Source: Mobula hypostoma | Lineage: Eukaryota | DNA length: 64,000 bases | Reading direction: 5' to 3' | NCBI RefSeq assembly: GCF_963921235.1 | Contig: NC_086097.1 | Location: 150,414,001-150,478,000 of the forward strand | Shown here: positions 12,621 through 25,329 of the stretch, one piece after another | How the letters are laid out: every line of letters begins with the position of its first letter | Numbering within the stretch: the first letter of the stretch is position 1 | Made by a program: the position numbers and the translations under genes | The notes under the pieces: generated by a model | Database searches by the model: none | What the model was told of the DNA's origin: nothing | What the model saw: the letters and a program-made list of their open reading frames with translations, nothing else

Positions 12621-13190
12621 CAAAATTTAATAATTAGTGTCAAGGACTGGCTGGGATTCTTGACTTGCTGTTGTCTAATATTAAAAGGTGTCATACCAAT
12701 AGATGTCTGGGTATAACTTTTCCCTCAGATATTTCCACACTATTCCACATTAAGCAAAACACACAGGAATGATAAAAATTCAATAGCACATACTTAACAC
12801 CTAAGATGATATACTTTGCGATCTCCCATTTCTTTTCCACTGAACTCATGATGGCTTTTGTTTTCCCTTTCATACAAAACTGTTACCCAAAAGTTTCTGG
12901 CTTGTCCTTACACACAGGAACACACTCAGTGTCCTGAAAGAGCATACCCACTCGCTTCTGGGATCCTGTACAGTCAGTAGCCACCTTTCAAAACTGGTGG
13001 TCATGTCTCTCTAAACCACCAAATACTGTGTGATAACTGGTCCCTTACAGAAATATACATGTACAAACACCACAGTTTTATATCTACCAGTTCAGTTCTC
13101 TGCCATTTTCTTCGATACTGTGTGATCTCCAGGTTATTGACTATTGGTGCTATGGTTATTAAAAAATAAGTTAACACCAGTAAATGTTTC

Positions 13191-13665
13191 GGGGTACAGG
13201 GGGCTCTGGATAGAGGTAGTACCTTTGATGTCTGGCATGCTGCTCCCTACCAGACAGGGTGTACAGGCATCACCAGTCCTCATCCATCTCCTAAATCTCT
13301 CACGCGTTGGCTCCAAGCGCCATACCCTGGTAAACCGCCTCAGTTGGCAGGCTAAACCACGAGAGGGGATGGTGTTAACACAGTACCACTGGGCGAAAGA
13401 CTTCCATGATGAAGTCACCTGCTGGGACGGAAAGGTTCTCAGGTGAACTATAACGGCCACGTGTTCATAGCCAAGGCGAGCCACCTAGTCGGAAGAAATC
13501 GGCTGTGGTCAAACCTGGAGAGGAATGGGTTCCGCCAGGTTTCAGATGCCCAAGACACGCCGCATGATGAGCACACCAAAAAGCTGGTACAAAGCTTGTC
13601 ATGATGGCGCCCCGACAGCTCCACCGGGAGTTAAGGGTGCAGGAAGAAGAAGAAGAAGAAGAAGA
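13191..13665 (+). mobile_element. Putative non-autonomous retroposon with (GAA)n tail, RTE-like 3' end
   Basis: GC-rich block in AT-rich flanks ending GCCCCGACAG..GTTAAGGG then ~7 GAA units; weak TSD-like TAAATG(A)TTT on both sides; no protein motifs. Confidence 0.45.
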
Positions 13666-13722
13666 TTAAATGATTTAACTATGAGTTTAAAAGCTTTACA
13701 TCATTTCTTCCTTTATATAAAT

Positions 13723-14526
13723 CAGGGGTCCCCAAACTTTTTTGCACCGTGGACCAGTCTAATATTGACAATATTCTTGCAGACCGACTAACCGGTGGGG
13801 TGGTGGGGGGGTTGGTGTTCAAGTAGGGTTAAACTCACCTCAACATGTCTTTTACAGTTAGGGTTGCCAACTTTCTCACTCCCAAATAAGGGACAAAAGT
13901 AGCAGTCAAATACGGGACACGTGTTTATCCTGAGAAAGACTACCATGACCATGAAGCCTTACACGGGCACCTGTGTGCACATGCGTGACGTGCGCATACA
14001 TGACATGCACATGTGTGTACATGCCGATTTTTTTTCTACAAGTCAGTTTTGGCTTAACCTTCCCGATTCTGTTAAGTGAAACTACACGGTACATACATTA
14101 TTTCTACTTTATATAGGCTGTGTATTTATATCATTCCTGCTTTTACTATATGTTAGTGTTATTTTAGGTTTTATGTGTTATTTGGTATGATTTGGTAGGT
14201 TATTTTTTGGGTCTGGGAATGGTCAAAAATTTTTCCCATATAAATTAATGGTAATTGCTTCTTCGCTTTACACCATTTCGGTACGAAAGGTTTCATAGGA
14301 ACGCTCTACCTTAGCGGGGGAAATACGGGACAAGGGCGGTCCTGTATGGGAGAAACCAATTTAGCCCAAATATACGGGATGTTCTGGCTAATACGGGACA
14401 GTTGGCAACCCTATGTTCAAGTTCAACCGTGTGTGACAGGGAATGAGGAAAGGTGCAGCTGACTTATATCGTTTCATACCACCAAATCATATCGTTTCCT
14501 CACGGCCCGGTGGTTGGGGACCACTG
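13723..14526. mobile_element. Non-autonomous hAT (Charlie-like) element containing a nested hAT
   Basis: TIRs CAGGGGTCCCCA / TGGGGACCACTG; TSD degenerate. Confidence 0.75.
13824..14413. mobile_element. Non-autonomous hAT (Blackjack-like) element
   Basis: TIR TAGGGTTGCCAAC (13859) / GTTGGCAACCCTA (14401-14413); subterminal ATACGGGA repeats; exact 8-bp TSD TGTTCAAG at 13816-13823 and 14414-14421. Confidence 0.85.
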
Positions 14527-16448
14527 ATTCTGAATAAGGTTTGTTTTTGACATGTAAAAACAGGATAATTGATGATCTGTGTGAAGATGGCGGGCCAAAG
14601 AGGCTGCTTCCATGCTATAGGTGTCTCTGCCTCTATAACATGGATTCAGTGCTGACTTTTTGCGGTGTTTCTCCCTCCAACAGTAATCTAGTTATTTTCC
14701 CAGCCTTTTCTGTAAATATTTCCACCTCAAGTACACCCCTATTCCTTTTTGGCAATTATTTTGAATCAATGTCCCTTAGCTCTGTCTTATTCTTCCATAA
14801 ATTGCCTTCCCCCAGTTTAGCACCTTCTCACAAGATCCAATTTTATCCTTACTCTTAACTATCGTAAAACATAATAAATTGTGAACACTGTGACCAAATG
14901 TTCACACGTTACAAGGTCTGTCAACTGGCTTGGCTCATTACACAAAACTGGTTCCATCATATTTTTTCCTCTAGATTCTCCACATTCCGTTCAAGAACAT
15001 TCTCTTCGATGCACTGAAGAAATTGCTCCCCTTCTGAGCTTCTTGTATTAAGGAAGTTCCAATCAATGCTGGGGACGTTAAAACCCCCTACTATGACAAC
15101 ACTGCTGTTTCTTCCCATAGTTTGTTGAAATTCGTATCCCTCTCCATCTGGATGGCACTTGGGGCCCTACAGTATAAAGCCAACCGTGTAATTGCTCCTT
15201 TCTTATTTCCAAGCTCCGTCCAAAACTTCCTCTGTGGATGAGCACAGCTGTGACATCTTAGTTAGCAGTGCTGCAACCTCTCCATCCTTTTAACCCCTTT
15301 CCCTGTCACATCTAGGGGTCTCTGTATTGGCATAACATCATAACTCCAGGTACTGATCCAGATTCTAAGTTCATCTCCCTTACACATAATACTCCTACCA
15401 TTGAGATAAACACATTTTAGTCCATCAGTCCCACCATGTTTTTTATCCTGCCCCTTGCTGTCTTTCCCTTCAATCTTATTTGTGCTACCATCTTTCTTGC
15501 CCTCAAACCTGCTGCTTGCCGTGCTGTTGCTTTGTTTCCCACCACTCTGTCGCTCTAGTTTAAATCTTCCCAAACCTCCCTGCAAGGACATTGCTTCCCT
15601 TCAGTTCAGATGCAAACCATCTTGTTTCTGCAGAGATCCCACTTGTCCTGAAGAAAACTCAATGATCCCTAAACCTGAACCCATCTCTCCTGCACCAACT
15701 CATTAGCCAGGTATTGAACTGCATTAGACAGTGCCTATAAAAAGTATTCACTGCCCTTGGAAGTTTTCATGTTTTACTGTTTTACAACATTGAATCACAG
15801 TGGATTTAATTTGGCTTTTTTTTTACACTGATCAACAGAAAAAGACTCTTTCATATCAAAGTGAAAACAGATCACTACAAAGTGATCTAAATTAATTACA
15901 AATAGAAAACACAAAATAATCAAATGCACAAGTATTCACCCCCACCCTCCTTTTAATATGACACACCACTGGTGCAGCCAAACTAGTTTTAGAAATCACA
16001 GAGTTATTTAAATAGAGATCTGTTTCTGGAGACCCATGTAAAGTCAATGTGTTTCAACTGATTGTCGTAAAAATACACCTGTATCTGGAATGTCCAACTG
16101 CTGGTGAGTCAGTATCCAGGCAAAAACTACACCATGAAGACAAAAGAACATGCCCAGCAACTCTGTAAAAAGGTTATTGAAAAACATATGTCAGGAGATG
16201 GATACAAGGAAATTTCCAAGTCACTGAATATCACCAAGAAATGGAGAGAATATGGCACAGCTGTAAATCTGCCTAGAGCAGGCCATCCTCAAAAACGGAG
16301 TGACCGTGCAAGAAGGGGACCAGTGAGGGAGGCTGCCAAGAGACTGATGACGGCTCTGGAGGAGTTACATGCTTCAGTGACTGACGTGGGAGAGACTGTA
16401 CTTACAACAACAAAATGTATGCTTCACCAATTGTAGCTTTATGGGAGA

Positions 16449-17391
16449 ATAGTCATAGTCATGGTCATACTTTATTGATCCTGAGGGAAATTGGGTTTCG
16501 TTACAGTTGCACCAACCAAGAATAGAATATAGATATAGCAATATAAAACCATAAATAATTAAATACTAATATGTAAATTATGCCAGGAAATAAGTCCAGG
16601 ACCAGCCTATTGGCTCAGGGTGTCTGACCCTCCAAGGGAGGAGTTGTAAAGTTTGATGGCCACAGGCAGGAATGACTTCCTATGATGCTCAGTGATGCAT
16701 CTCGGAGGAATGAGTCTCTGGCTGAATGTACTCCTGTGCCCACCCAGTACATTATGTAGTGGATGGGACACATTGTCCAAGATGGCATGCAACTTGGACA
16801 GCATCCTCTTTTCAGACACCACTGTCAGAGAGTTCGGTTCCATCCCCACAACATCACTGGCCTTACGAATGAGTTTGTTGATTCTGTTGGTGTCTGCTAC
16901 CCTCAGCCTGCTGCCCCAGCACACAACAGCAAACGTGATTGCACTGGCCACCACAGACTCATAGAACATCCTCAGCATCGTCCGACAGATGTTAAAGGAC
17001 CTCAGTCTCCTCAGGAAATAGAGACGGCTCTGACCCTTCTTGTAAACTGCCTCAGTGTTCTTTGACCAGTCCAGTTTATTGTCAATTCGTATCCCCAGGT
17101 AATTGTAATCCTTCACCATGTCTACACTGATCCCCTGGATGGAAACAGGGGTCACCGGTACCTTAGCTCTCCTCAGGCCCACCACCAGCTCCTTAGTCTT
17201 TTTCACATTAAGCTGCAGATAATTCTGCTCACACCATGTGACAAAGTTTCCTACCGTAGCCCTGTACTCAACCTCATCTCCCTTGCTGATGCATCCAACA
17301 ATGGCAGAGTCATCAGAAAACTTCTGAAGATGGCAAGACTCTGTGCAGTAGTTGAAGTCTGAGGTTTAAATGGTGAAGAGAAAGGGAGACA
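16449..17391 (-). mobile_element. Rex1/Babar-type LINE, 5'-truncated, young, inside Tc1
   Basis: ORF 16607-17206 (KTKELVV..YLGI..KKGQSRLYFLRRL..FLPVAIKLYN); (ATAGTC)n tail at ~16449. Confidence 0.9.
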
Positions 17392-17700
17392 ATGACAAAG
17401 AGAAAGCCACTGTTGGAAAACACCCACATGAAATCTTGGCTAGAGTTTGCCAGAAGTCATGTGGGAGACTCTGGAGTCAGCTGGAAGAAGATTCTATGGG
17501 CTGATGAAACCAAAATTGAGCTTTTTGCCCACCTGGTTAAAAATTATGTTTGACACAAGCCAAACATCGTACATAATGAAAAACACGCCATCCCTACCAT
17601 GCTGGTGGCTGCATCATGCTGTGGGGATGCCTCACTGCAGCAGGCCCTGGAAGGCTTGTGAAGGTAGAGGGTAAAATGAATACTACAAAATACAGGGAAA

Positions 17701-17885
17701 CGCACACAAAATGCTGGTGGAACGTGGCAGGCCAGGCAGCATCTATAGGAAGAATTACAGTCGATGTTTCGGGCTGAGACGTCGACTGCACTTCTTCCTA
17801 TAGATGCTGCCTGGCCTGCTGTGTTCCACCAGCATTTTGTGTGTGCTGCTTGAATTTCCAGCGTCTGCAGATTTCCTCGTGTTTG
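17701..17885. mobile_element. Penelope-derived fold-back mini insert with 14-bp TSD
   Basis: TSD AAAATACAGGGAAA at 17687-17700 and 17886-17899; inverted arms 17703-17770 / 17776-17843. Confidence 0.85.
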
Positions 17886-18786
17886 AAAATACAGGGAAAT
17901 CCTGGATTAAAACTTGATGCAGTCTGCAATAGAACTGTGACTTGGGAGAAGATTCATTTTCGAACAAGACAATGACTCCAGGCAGAAAGCCAAAGCTACA
18001 CAGGAATGGGTTAAAAACAAGGTTAATGTCCTGGATTGGCCAAGTCAGAGTCCAGACCTCAATCTAATAGAGAATTTGTGGCTGGATTTGAAAAGGGCTG
18101 ATCACTCACGATCCCCATGCAATCACACAGAGCTTGAGCAGATTTTTCCCATTCTTCTTTACAAATGGGCTGAAGCTCTGTGAGATTGCATGGGGATTGT
18201 GAGTGAACAGCCCTGTTGTACAGATTTGTAGATCTGTTTTCACTTTGACACTTTGAGTCTTTCTCTGTTGATCAGTGTCAAAAAGCCAAATTAAATCCAC
18301 TGTGATTCAATGTTGTAAAACAATAAAACATGAAAACTTCCAAGGGGGTGAGGGGTGAATACTTTTAATATGCACTGTATTTCTGTTTCTTATCTCACTA
18401 GCATGTGGCATAGATAGCATCCTGAGGTTACACCCTGAAAATCCTATTTTATATATAATTCCCTCAAATCATTCTGCAGGATCTCTTCCCTGCCCCGCCT
18501 ATGTCATTGATATAAATATGGTCTACAACCTTTGCTAACCCTCCTCTCTCAGAATGCTCCATATCTGCTACCAGAAGTCCTTCACCCTGGCATTTTCTGT
18601 GTTTATCTGTAATATAAATGTCCTCCATCTACCTGGCCATGATGCCACCCATGGAACCCAAGAAAACAAAAACACATTATCTATGTCTCAGAAGCCACTA
18701 CTGACTGAAGACAATCCTCAACAATAACATCTGCCATTGATCAAGATCAATAAGAAGTTCTCAATCCACCAGATCAACGTCCTTGG

Positions 18787-18882
18787 CAACACACACAAAA
18801 TGCTGGAGGAAATGAGCACGTCAAGCAACATCTGTGGAGATGAATAAACAGTCAATGTTTCAGGCCAAGACCTCTCATCATT
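18787..18882 (-). mobile_element. Degraded Penelope-derived terminal repeat
   Basis: CAACACACACAAAATGCTGGAGGA...CAGTCAATGTTTCAGGCCAAGACC..TCATCA, same family as 33387. Confidence 0.6.
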
Positions 18883-19530
18883 CCTGAATTCATCACAATA
18901 CACTGATTGACCAGGTGACCTCCTACTGAACTGCTATCTCTTATTTGGTAATCACCCACTAAAGTTTCTGATGATTGACCAGATCATCCCTTCCTGCCTG
19001 CGGAGTCCTCATGGATGAGGCTATTCTTTTAGCACCAAATTCTGCTATACATTATCAACTGTCTTCCCAAATTCCACTTTGATCCCCGTTTAAGATCTGG
19101 ATTACCACCCTTCCTTTATCTGCAGGCTATGGATCCTACCGGTCAATTCTCTGGATTACTTAGCTTTAACTACGAAAGGATTCTGTTTCAACTATACCAT
19201 CCTTGTTAATCATGCGTTAGCCTTACATTTGTCTTAGCACAATTCAATAGATCGCAATATGCAGTGTCATTTAATTGTAAAATTATAACACGTATTAGAT
19301 GACCCTGCGCAGATTTTTGCATAAACCAGTTTTGCTCAGTCCGGCAGAGGCTCAACAGCGGATTTGACATCAGTTGGCTGGAGGCGAGGGTGCTTTCTAT
19401 TCTGAGTTTTCCAAATCTATGTTCCAAGCTACTTCAGTTTATGTCCAAGGTTTCTTCCTAGGATCTCTAGGTTGACAAGGTTCGCTAGGTCTCCCATGGT
19501 ATACTATGTTTCCGAGTTATATGTAATGTT

Positions 19531-19634
19531 CCAAGTTTACCAGCCCTGTCTCAAGAGCATCAGGTCTGTCTTGAGTTTACCAGACCTGTCTTGAGAGCAT
19601 CTGATTTGTCTCAAGTTTACTGGCCCTGTCTTGA
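19531..19634. repeat. Imperfect tandem repeat, 40-bp period (dimer of 20-mers), ~2.6 copies
   Basis: AGTTTACCAG.CCTGTCT..AGAGCATC....TGTC recurs at 19531, 19571 and 19611. Confidence 0.7.
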
Positions 19635-20288
19635 TTTCCCCAAGGCCCCCTGGGGTGTCAGGTACCAGCCTTAGGGAGGAAGGTACTGTCAGGAGCCCTG
19701 CGGGCTTGTGAGGTGAGCTGTAGAGCATTGGGCTCTGAGGTTTCCAGACCACCAGCATTTGTCAATTGTTGGCTTAACTAGAGTTGCTAAACCCTTTGTG
19801 CTTTTTGTTTCATTTTGCCAAGTCTATTTTGACTGGCATGGGTTTTCTGTGTACGGTGATTATTTAAAGCAGACTCTCAATTAGTGCTTATTGCCGGGTC
19901 CTTGTTTTGAGAATGATTTGTCTTGCTGTGTTACTCAGTCGAGTTACCGATGTCCTGTTGGAATTCCTACGTATAAACTCTTGTTTTTGTCTCTACGTGG
20001 GTGTCCTTCATCCCTTTACACTCAGGCTCAGTAGTTGCCAGGTACACCGTGAGATGTAGGTGGATTTAGTTGGGACACTCATTCTACAGATTTTAGTGAC
20101 CATGAAGGGATAATGTAGGTTAGAGGTGGACAATGAAGTGACAGAAGTGTTTCACTAGTAAACTACCCCTCAAGGAGATGGACACAGATTATCCTTGAAG
20201 GGGATATTGCATTGAGTCTGAATTATGGATGCAGGTCTTATGAGGGAGAGTAGTGTGATTTTCTGCAAAGAACTCATAGTGCAAATAT

Positions 20289-20602
20289 ATAGAACATAGC
20301 ACAAAAGAGCACAGGAAAAAGCCCTTCGGCCTTTGATGTTACGCTGAACTAATTAAACAAATCTCTTTGGCCAATGCAAGTTCATATCTCTCCATTCTCT
20401 ACATATTCATGTGTCTAAGATTTCCTAAAACCCCTCTGTCATATTTATCACTCCTGGAAGTGCATCCCAGACACTCACTATTCTCTTTGTAAAAAAATCT
20501 TGCCCCACATGTATCATTGAATATACCCCATCTCACTTAGGATTAGACATTTCAACCCTGGGAAAATGATACAGGCTGTATGACTCTATATCTATGCCTC
20601 TC
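20289..20602 (-). mobile_element. Degraded CR1 3' fragment
   Basis: ATAGAACATAG tail, GCCCTTCGGCC motif, ACCCTGGGAAAA..CTATCTATGCCTCTC similarity to CR1 3' ends. Confidence 0.6.
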
Positions 20603-20830
20603 TGTCCACATCTCTCAGAAACTTAGCAACTCGAGGAAGGACCACCGTCGAGGCTCCTTCAGCTACTGCACATGTGGAGGCCAAGTAGGATGGTGAAGCC
20701 CTCAAACAATGAAAGGGTCATCACTTCAGGGGGCCACATGAGTTTTTAAAATATAGAAGTCAATGCTACTGAATGTAATAACCATAAATTTTACACAGTT
20801 TCTTTTCTACATACTTTTTAAAATCTGAGG

Positions 20831-22697
20831 ATAGAAACCATAGAAACCATAGAAAAACTACAGCACAGAAACAGGCCTTTTGGCCCTTCTTGGCTGTGCC
20901 GAACTATTTTCTGCCTAGTCCCACTGACCTGCACATGGACCATATCCCTCCATACACCTCCCATCCATTTATCTGTCCAATTTATTCTTAAATGTTAGAA
21001 AAGAACCCGCATTTACCACCTCGTCTAGCAGCTCATTCCATACTCCCACTACTCTCTGTATGAAGAAGCCCCCCCCAATGTTCCCTTTAAACTTTCCCCC
21101 CCTCACCCTTAACCCATGTCCTCTGGTTTTTTCCTCCCCTTGCCTCAGTGGAAAAAGCCTGCTTGCATTCACTCTATCTATGCTCATCATAATTTTATAT
21201 ACCTCTATCAAATCTCCCCTCATTCTTTTACACTCCAGGGAATAAAGTCCTAACCTATTCAACCCTTCTCTGTAATTGAGTTTCTCAAGACCCGGCAACA
21301 TCCTTGTAAACCTTCTCTGCACTCTTTCAACCTTATTTATATCCTTCCTGTAATGTGGTGACCAAAACTGAACACAATACTCCAAATTTGGTCTCACCAA
21401 TGTCTTATACAACCTCATCATAACATTCCAGCTCTTATAGTCAATACTTTGATTAATAAAGGCCAATGTACCAAAAGCTCTCTTTACAACTCTATCTACC
21501 TGTGACGCCACTTTTAGGGAATTTTGTATCTGTATTCCCAGATCCCTCTGTTCTATTGCACTCCTCGGTGCCTTACCATTTACCCTATATGTTTTACCTT
21601 GGTTTGTCCTTCCAACGTGCAATACCTCACACTTGTCTGTATTAAACTCCATCTGCCATTTTTCAGCCCATTTTTCCAGCTGGTCCAAGTCCCTCTGCAG
21701 GCTCTGAAAACCTTCCTCACTGTCTACTACACCTCCAATCTTCCTATCATCAGCAAATTTGCTGATCCAATTTACCACATTATCATCCAGATCATTGATA
21801 TAGATGACAAATAACAATGGACCCAGCACTGATCCTTGTGGCACACCACTAGTCACAGGCCTCCACTCTGAGAAGCAATTCTCTACTACCACTCTTTGGT
21901 TTCTTCCATTGAGCCAATGTCTAATCCAATTTACCACCTCTCCATATATACCTAGTGACTGAATTTTCCTAACTAACCTCCCATGCGGGACCTTGTCAAA
22001 GGCCTTACTGAAGTCCATGTAGACAACATCCACTGCCTTCCCTTCATCCACTTTCCTGGTAACCTCCTCGAAAAACTCCAATAGATTGGTCAAACATGAC
22101 CTACCACGCACAAAGCCATGTTGATTCTCCCTAATAAGTCGCTGTCTATCCAAATGCTTGTAGATTCTGTCTCTTAGTACTCCCTCCAATAACTTACCCA
22201 CTACCAACATCAAACTTACTGGCCTATAATTTCCCGGATTACTTTTTGATCCTTTTTTAAACAACGGAACAACATGAGCAACTCTACAATCCTCCGGCAC
22301 CTCACCCGTGGACACCGACATCTTAAATATATCTGCCAGGGACCCTGCAATTTCAACAGCAGTCTCCTTCAAGGTCCGAGGGAACACCCTGTCAGGTCCT
22401 GGGGATTTATCCACTTTAATTTGCCTCAAGATAGCAAGCACCTCCTCCTTTTCAATCTGTACAGTTTCCATGATCTCACTACTTGTTTCTCTTAATTCCA
22501 TAGACTTCATGCCAATTTCCTTAGTAAATACAGATGCAAAAACCCCATTTAAGATCTCCCCCGTTTCTTTTGGTTCTGCACATAGCCGACCACTCTGATC
22601 TTCAAGAGGACCAATTTTATCCCTTACAATCCTTTTACTCTTAATATACCTGTAAAAGCTCTTTGGATTATCCTTCACTTTGACTGTCAAGGCATCC
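20831..22697 (-). mobile_element. CR1 LINE, 5'-truncated, young; open 573-aa RT-containing ORF
   Basis: ORF 20969-22690 with KSPGPD, NYRPVSL, DFSKAFDKVPH, QGSVLGP, KFADD; (ATAGAAACC)n tail at 20831. Confidence 0.95.
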
Positions 22698-22699
22698 TT

Positions 22700-23290
22700 T
22701 GATCGTTATCTTGTTGTGATGGAGAGGCTTGTGAGTTCCACAGATCCCAAAAGTGATGCCATTGGGAGTTTAGCCATCTTGCATGTTGCTCCTGGTGGGG
22801 CCATCCATGGGAGTGAGGTCAAAGCAGGAGGTTTCAGACAAAGAGCGATCCAACCAAGATCTCAATGGTGGAACTGGTGGAAGATGATGATGCATCACAA
22901 TCAACACGCATAAAAGTAAAAGGCCAGGCAGCATCTCTAGGAAGAGGTACAGTCGATGTTTCGGGCCGAGACCCTTTGTCAGGACTAACTAAAAGAACAG
23001 CTACTAAGAGATTTGAAATCTCTCTTCCTAGAGATTGCTGCCTGGCCCGCTGCGTTCACCAGCAATTTTATGTGTGTTGCTTGAAATTCCAGCATCTGCA
23101 GATTTCCTCGTGTTTGTGACACATCACAATGGCGGTGACAATGGAAGAAAACAGCAGCAGTGAAGGATCTTCAGTCATCTTGCGTTTCATGCCAATGGAC
23201 ACTTACCCCAATCCGTCAAGGACTGTGTGGTGGCTGCCAGAACATCAACCTCCCGACGTCAAACAAAGTTATGCATAGACATTCTCCGTT
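22700..23290 (+). mobile_element. RTE-clade 5' UTR-like fragment interrupted by a Penelope mini insert
   Basis: CTTGTTGTGATGGAGAGGCTTG..ATGCC..GGGGCCATCCA..GGTCA..GGTTTCAGACAAA layout recalls BovB/Expander-type RTE 5' UTRs (recognition from memory). Confidence 0.45.
22902..23116. mobile_element. Penelope-derived inverted mini insert with 14-bp TSD and decayed hammerhead motif
   Basis: TSD TGATGCATCACAAT (22888-22901) / TGACACATCACAAT (23117-23130), opposite CpG decays of TGACGCATCACAAT; minus strand 22951-22986 agtc-CTGACAA-agggtctcggccc-GAAACATC-gact. Confidence 0.8.
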
Positions 23291-23544
23291 ATGTGAGTCC
23301 ACCCTAACATCCCAGATTATATGGATCTCATTCTCTAAAGCCAGTTGAGGATCCACCAATAGACAATCCCTTAGGAAAACATCATACTTGCCTCAAGTAC
23401 TACTACTACTACTCCCTTTTATTATGAAAAAAGTATTTTTGTAATTTAAAAATAACTTCTATAAGGTCTACCGTCAGCCTCCAAGGATATATTTGTCTAA
23501 CTTCTCATAGATGTGCTCTAGAGGGCACATGCCCTTTAGCCCAG

Positions 23545-23950
23545 GCAGAGCCCTGAAAACCTATTCTGCATGCTCTCCAAAACCTCTACATCTTTCCTAT
23601 AACGGGATGATCAGAACTGAATACAACACTTCAGATGCAGCCAAGCCAGTTTTATAAAGCTGTACCCCAAACCTCCTGATTTTTGGACTCAGTTCTCTGA
23701 CTAACAAGAGCAGGCATGTCATACTTCTTCTTAACCCATATCAATTTGTGCAGCCTTTTTCAAGGATCTATGGATAAGGACCCCAAGTTCTGACTGTGTA
23801 ACAAATATTAAGTGTCTAGGGGGAAAGAAGGCTCGCTAATCATAGCTGAAGTGCCTGGAAGAGATGCAATTAGAAACAATTAACTCTTCTGTCCCTTTAG
23901 ATTTGATCTTCCAAACTGCAACTCCTCACACTTGGCCTGATTAAACTACA
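23545..23950 (-). mobile_element. Old CR1 ORF2 fragment
   Basis: CAGAACTGAATACAACACT..TTTATAAAGCTG..CCTCACACTTG similarity to 21300-21650. Confidence 0.55.
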
Positions 23951-25329
23951 CAAGGGTAGAGTTCCAGAAAAAGATAACTGAGTTAGAAAAGAAATTGAAC
24001 AATTGGGACATGGTGGTGGCGTGATTCATGAATGAGATGGAAGAGGAACATAAAAGCTAGAAGGAGGTCCAGAGGAATTGGGTTAGCCAGTGCCAGTAAC
24101 TTGAACAAACTGAGCAGAGAGTTTAGGCAGGGGTAGCTAAACAAATACTTGGAGATTTAAAGTATCCTGACAAGGTACTGCAACAACAAAACAGACCCTA
24201 CTATATGCCCATGGGAACTTGGAGTAGAAGGTTTCCTCAAATAAATGTTTTAAATTGCAAAGACAGAAGAGTGGAGAGAACAAAATGATGCATCAGGAGT
24301 GGGCTTTGTAAATCTTTTTAACAATGGATGTTTAAGGTTTATATCTCCTATGGCAACTGTGCTTCTTCCTCTCGCCATATTTCCCTGGAAAATCCAATTA
24401 TTACAAGGTGGAGGGTGCTGATACTTTTTTGCAGAAGTGGGTGGGAGTGGGGGAGGATCGTTGCTTTGCTGCTGCTTGTGAATGGGAGGGAGAGTAGGGG
24501 GGCTTTGGGGTTCTATTATTCTGTCACTCATTCTTTGGAGCACTCTTCTTTTTTCGTGGATGTCTGTGAAGAGAAAGTATTTCAGGATGTGTATTGCATA
24601 CTCTGATATTACATGGAACTATTGAACAAAAAGATTGGCACTAGTTCTACACCATATATGGGATACTGATTCACATACGTAAGAACGATCCTTGCTATTT
24701 TGTGTAAATTGATTTAGAAGCCATTCTGAAACCTGCAGCAAATGGTTCCACAATCTTAACTATATTTTAGGTATGCCCTAGATTCCAGGTCCAAATGCAC
24801 CAATGTCGCTTTTGTGTTTAGTACACATTGAATTCACCAGTGCTTGAAGATTCAGCTCATGATACTACTTCCAATCTTTCACATTGTTGATTGGTAAGAT
24901 GGAATTAATTTTTAAGCAGAATAAGTGAGCAACTTTAATTATTGTACTCTGCTCTTTCCCAGACTGCCAGTTCTTCCTTTGCTTGTCACTTTTCTCAAGA
25001 GCACACAATTAGGACGTTCCTTCAGATGAATGCTGCAACATTATAAAAGGATATGAAATTAGCATTCCCTTCCTATTGAGCCACCTTTCTTCCCAGTCAC
25101 CAAAAGTACAAACAATGACAGAAAAGGGTGGAGCTGCTCATCTGGGTTGATAACAGCTGAGAGAGAAACAGAGTGAAATCTTCAGGGTGCTTTAACAGAG
25201 CTTTCAAGAGAACAAACTACAATGTTTTAACTTGCAAAGGTGGAGGAGTGGAGAGAACAAAATGAATGCCCATGAAGAGACAATGGCTGATATTACTGGC
25301 AGTGTTATATTACTGAAGAAGGATGAAGG

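Larger units (their letters stand above)
15729..18377 (+). mobile_element. Tc1-like DNA transposon (long TIRs), transposase pseudogene with nested insertions
   Basis: CAGTG..AAGTATTCAC left end and GTGAATACTT..CACTG-TA right end, ~150 bp inverted match; transposase N-terminus MKTKEH..GDGYKEISKSL..LPRAGHP from 16134; DETK-, QDND- and QSPDLNLIENLW-like remnants 17500-18085. Confidence 0.9.
14860..18590 (-). mobile_element. Old CR1 fragment (ORF1 end / ORF2 endonuclease) split by a Tc1 insertion
   Basis: ORF 15262-15591 (GLKCVYLN..DELRIWISTWSYDV) parallels 8980-9210; ORF1-like sequence resumes at ~18380-18590. Confidence 0.7.

Noticed and set aside
13191..13360. HDV-like ribozyme at the 5' end of the GAA-tailed element
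   Set aside because: Stems exist but I could not build the nested P1/P1.1/P2/P3 pseudoknot with a suitable L3 loop and catalytic C.
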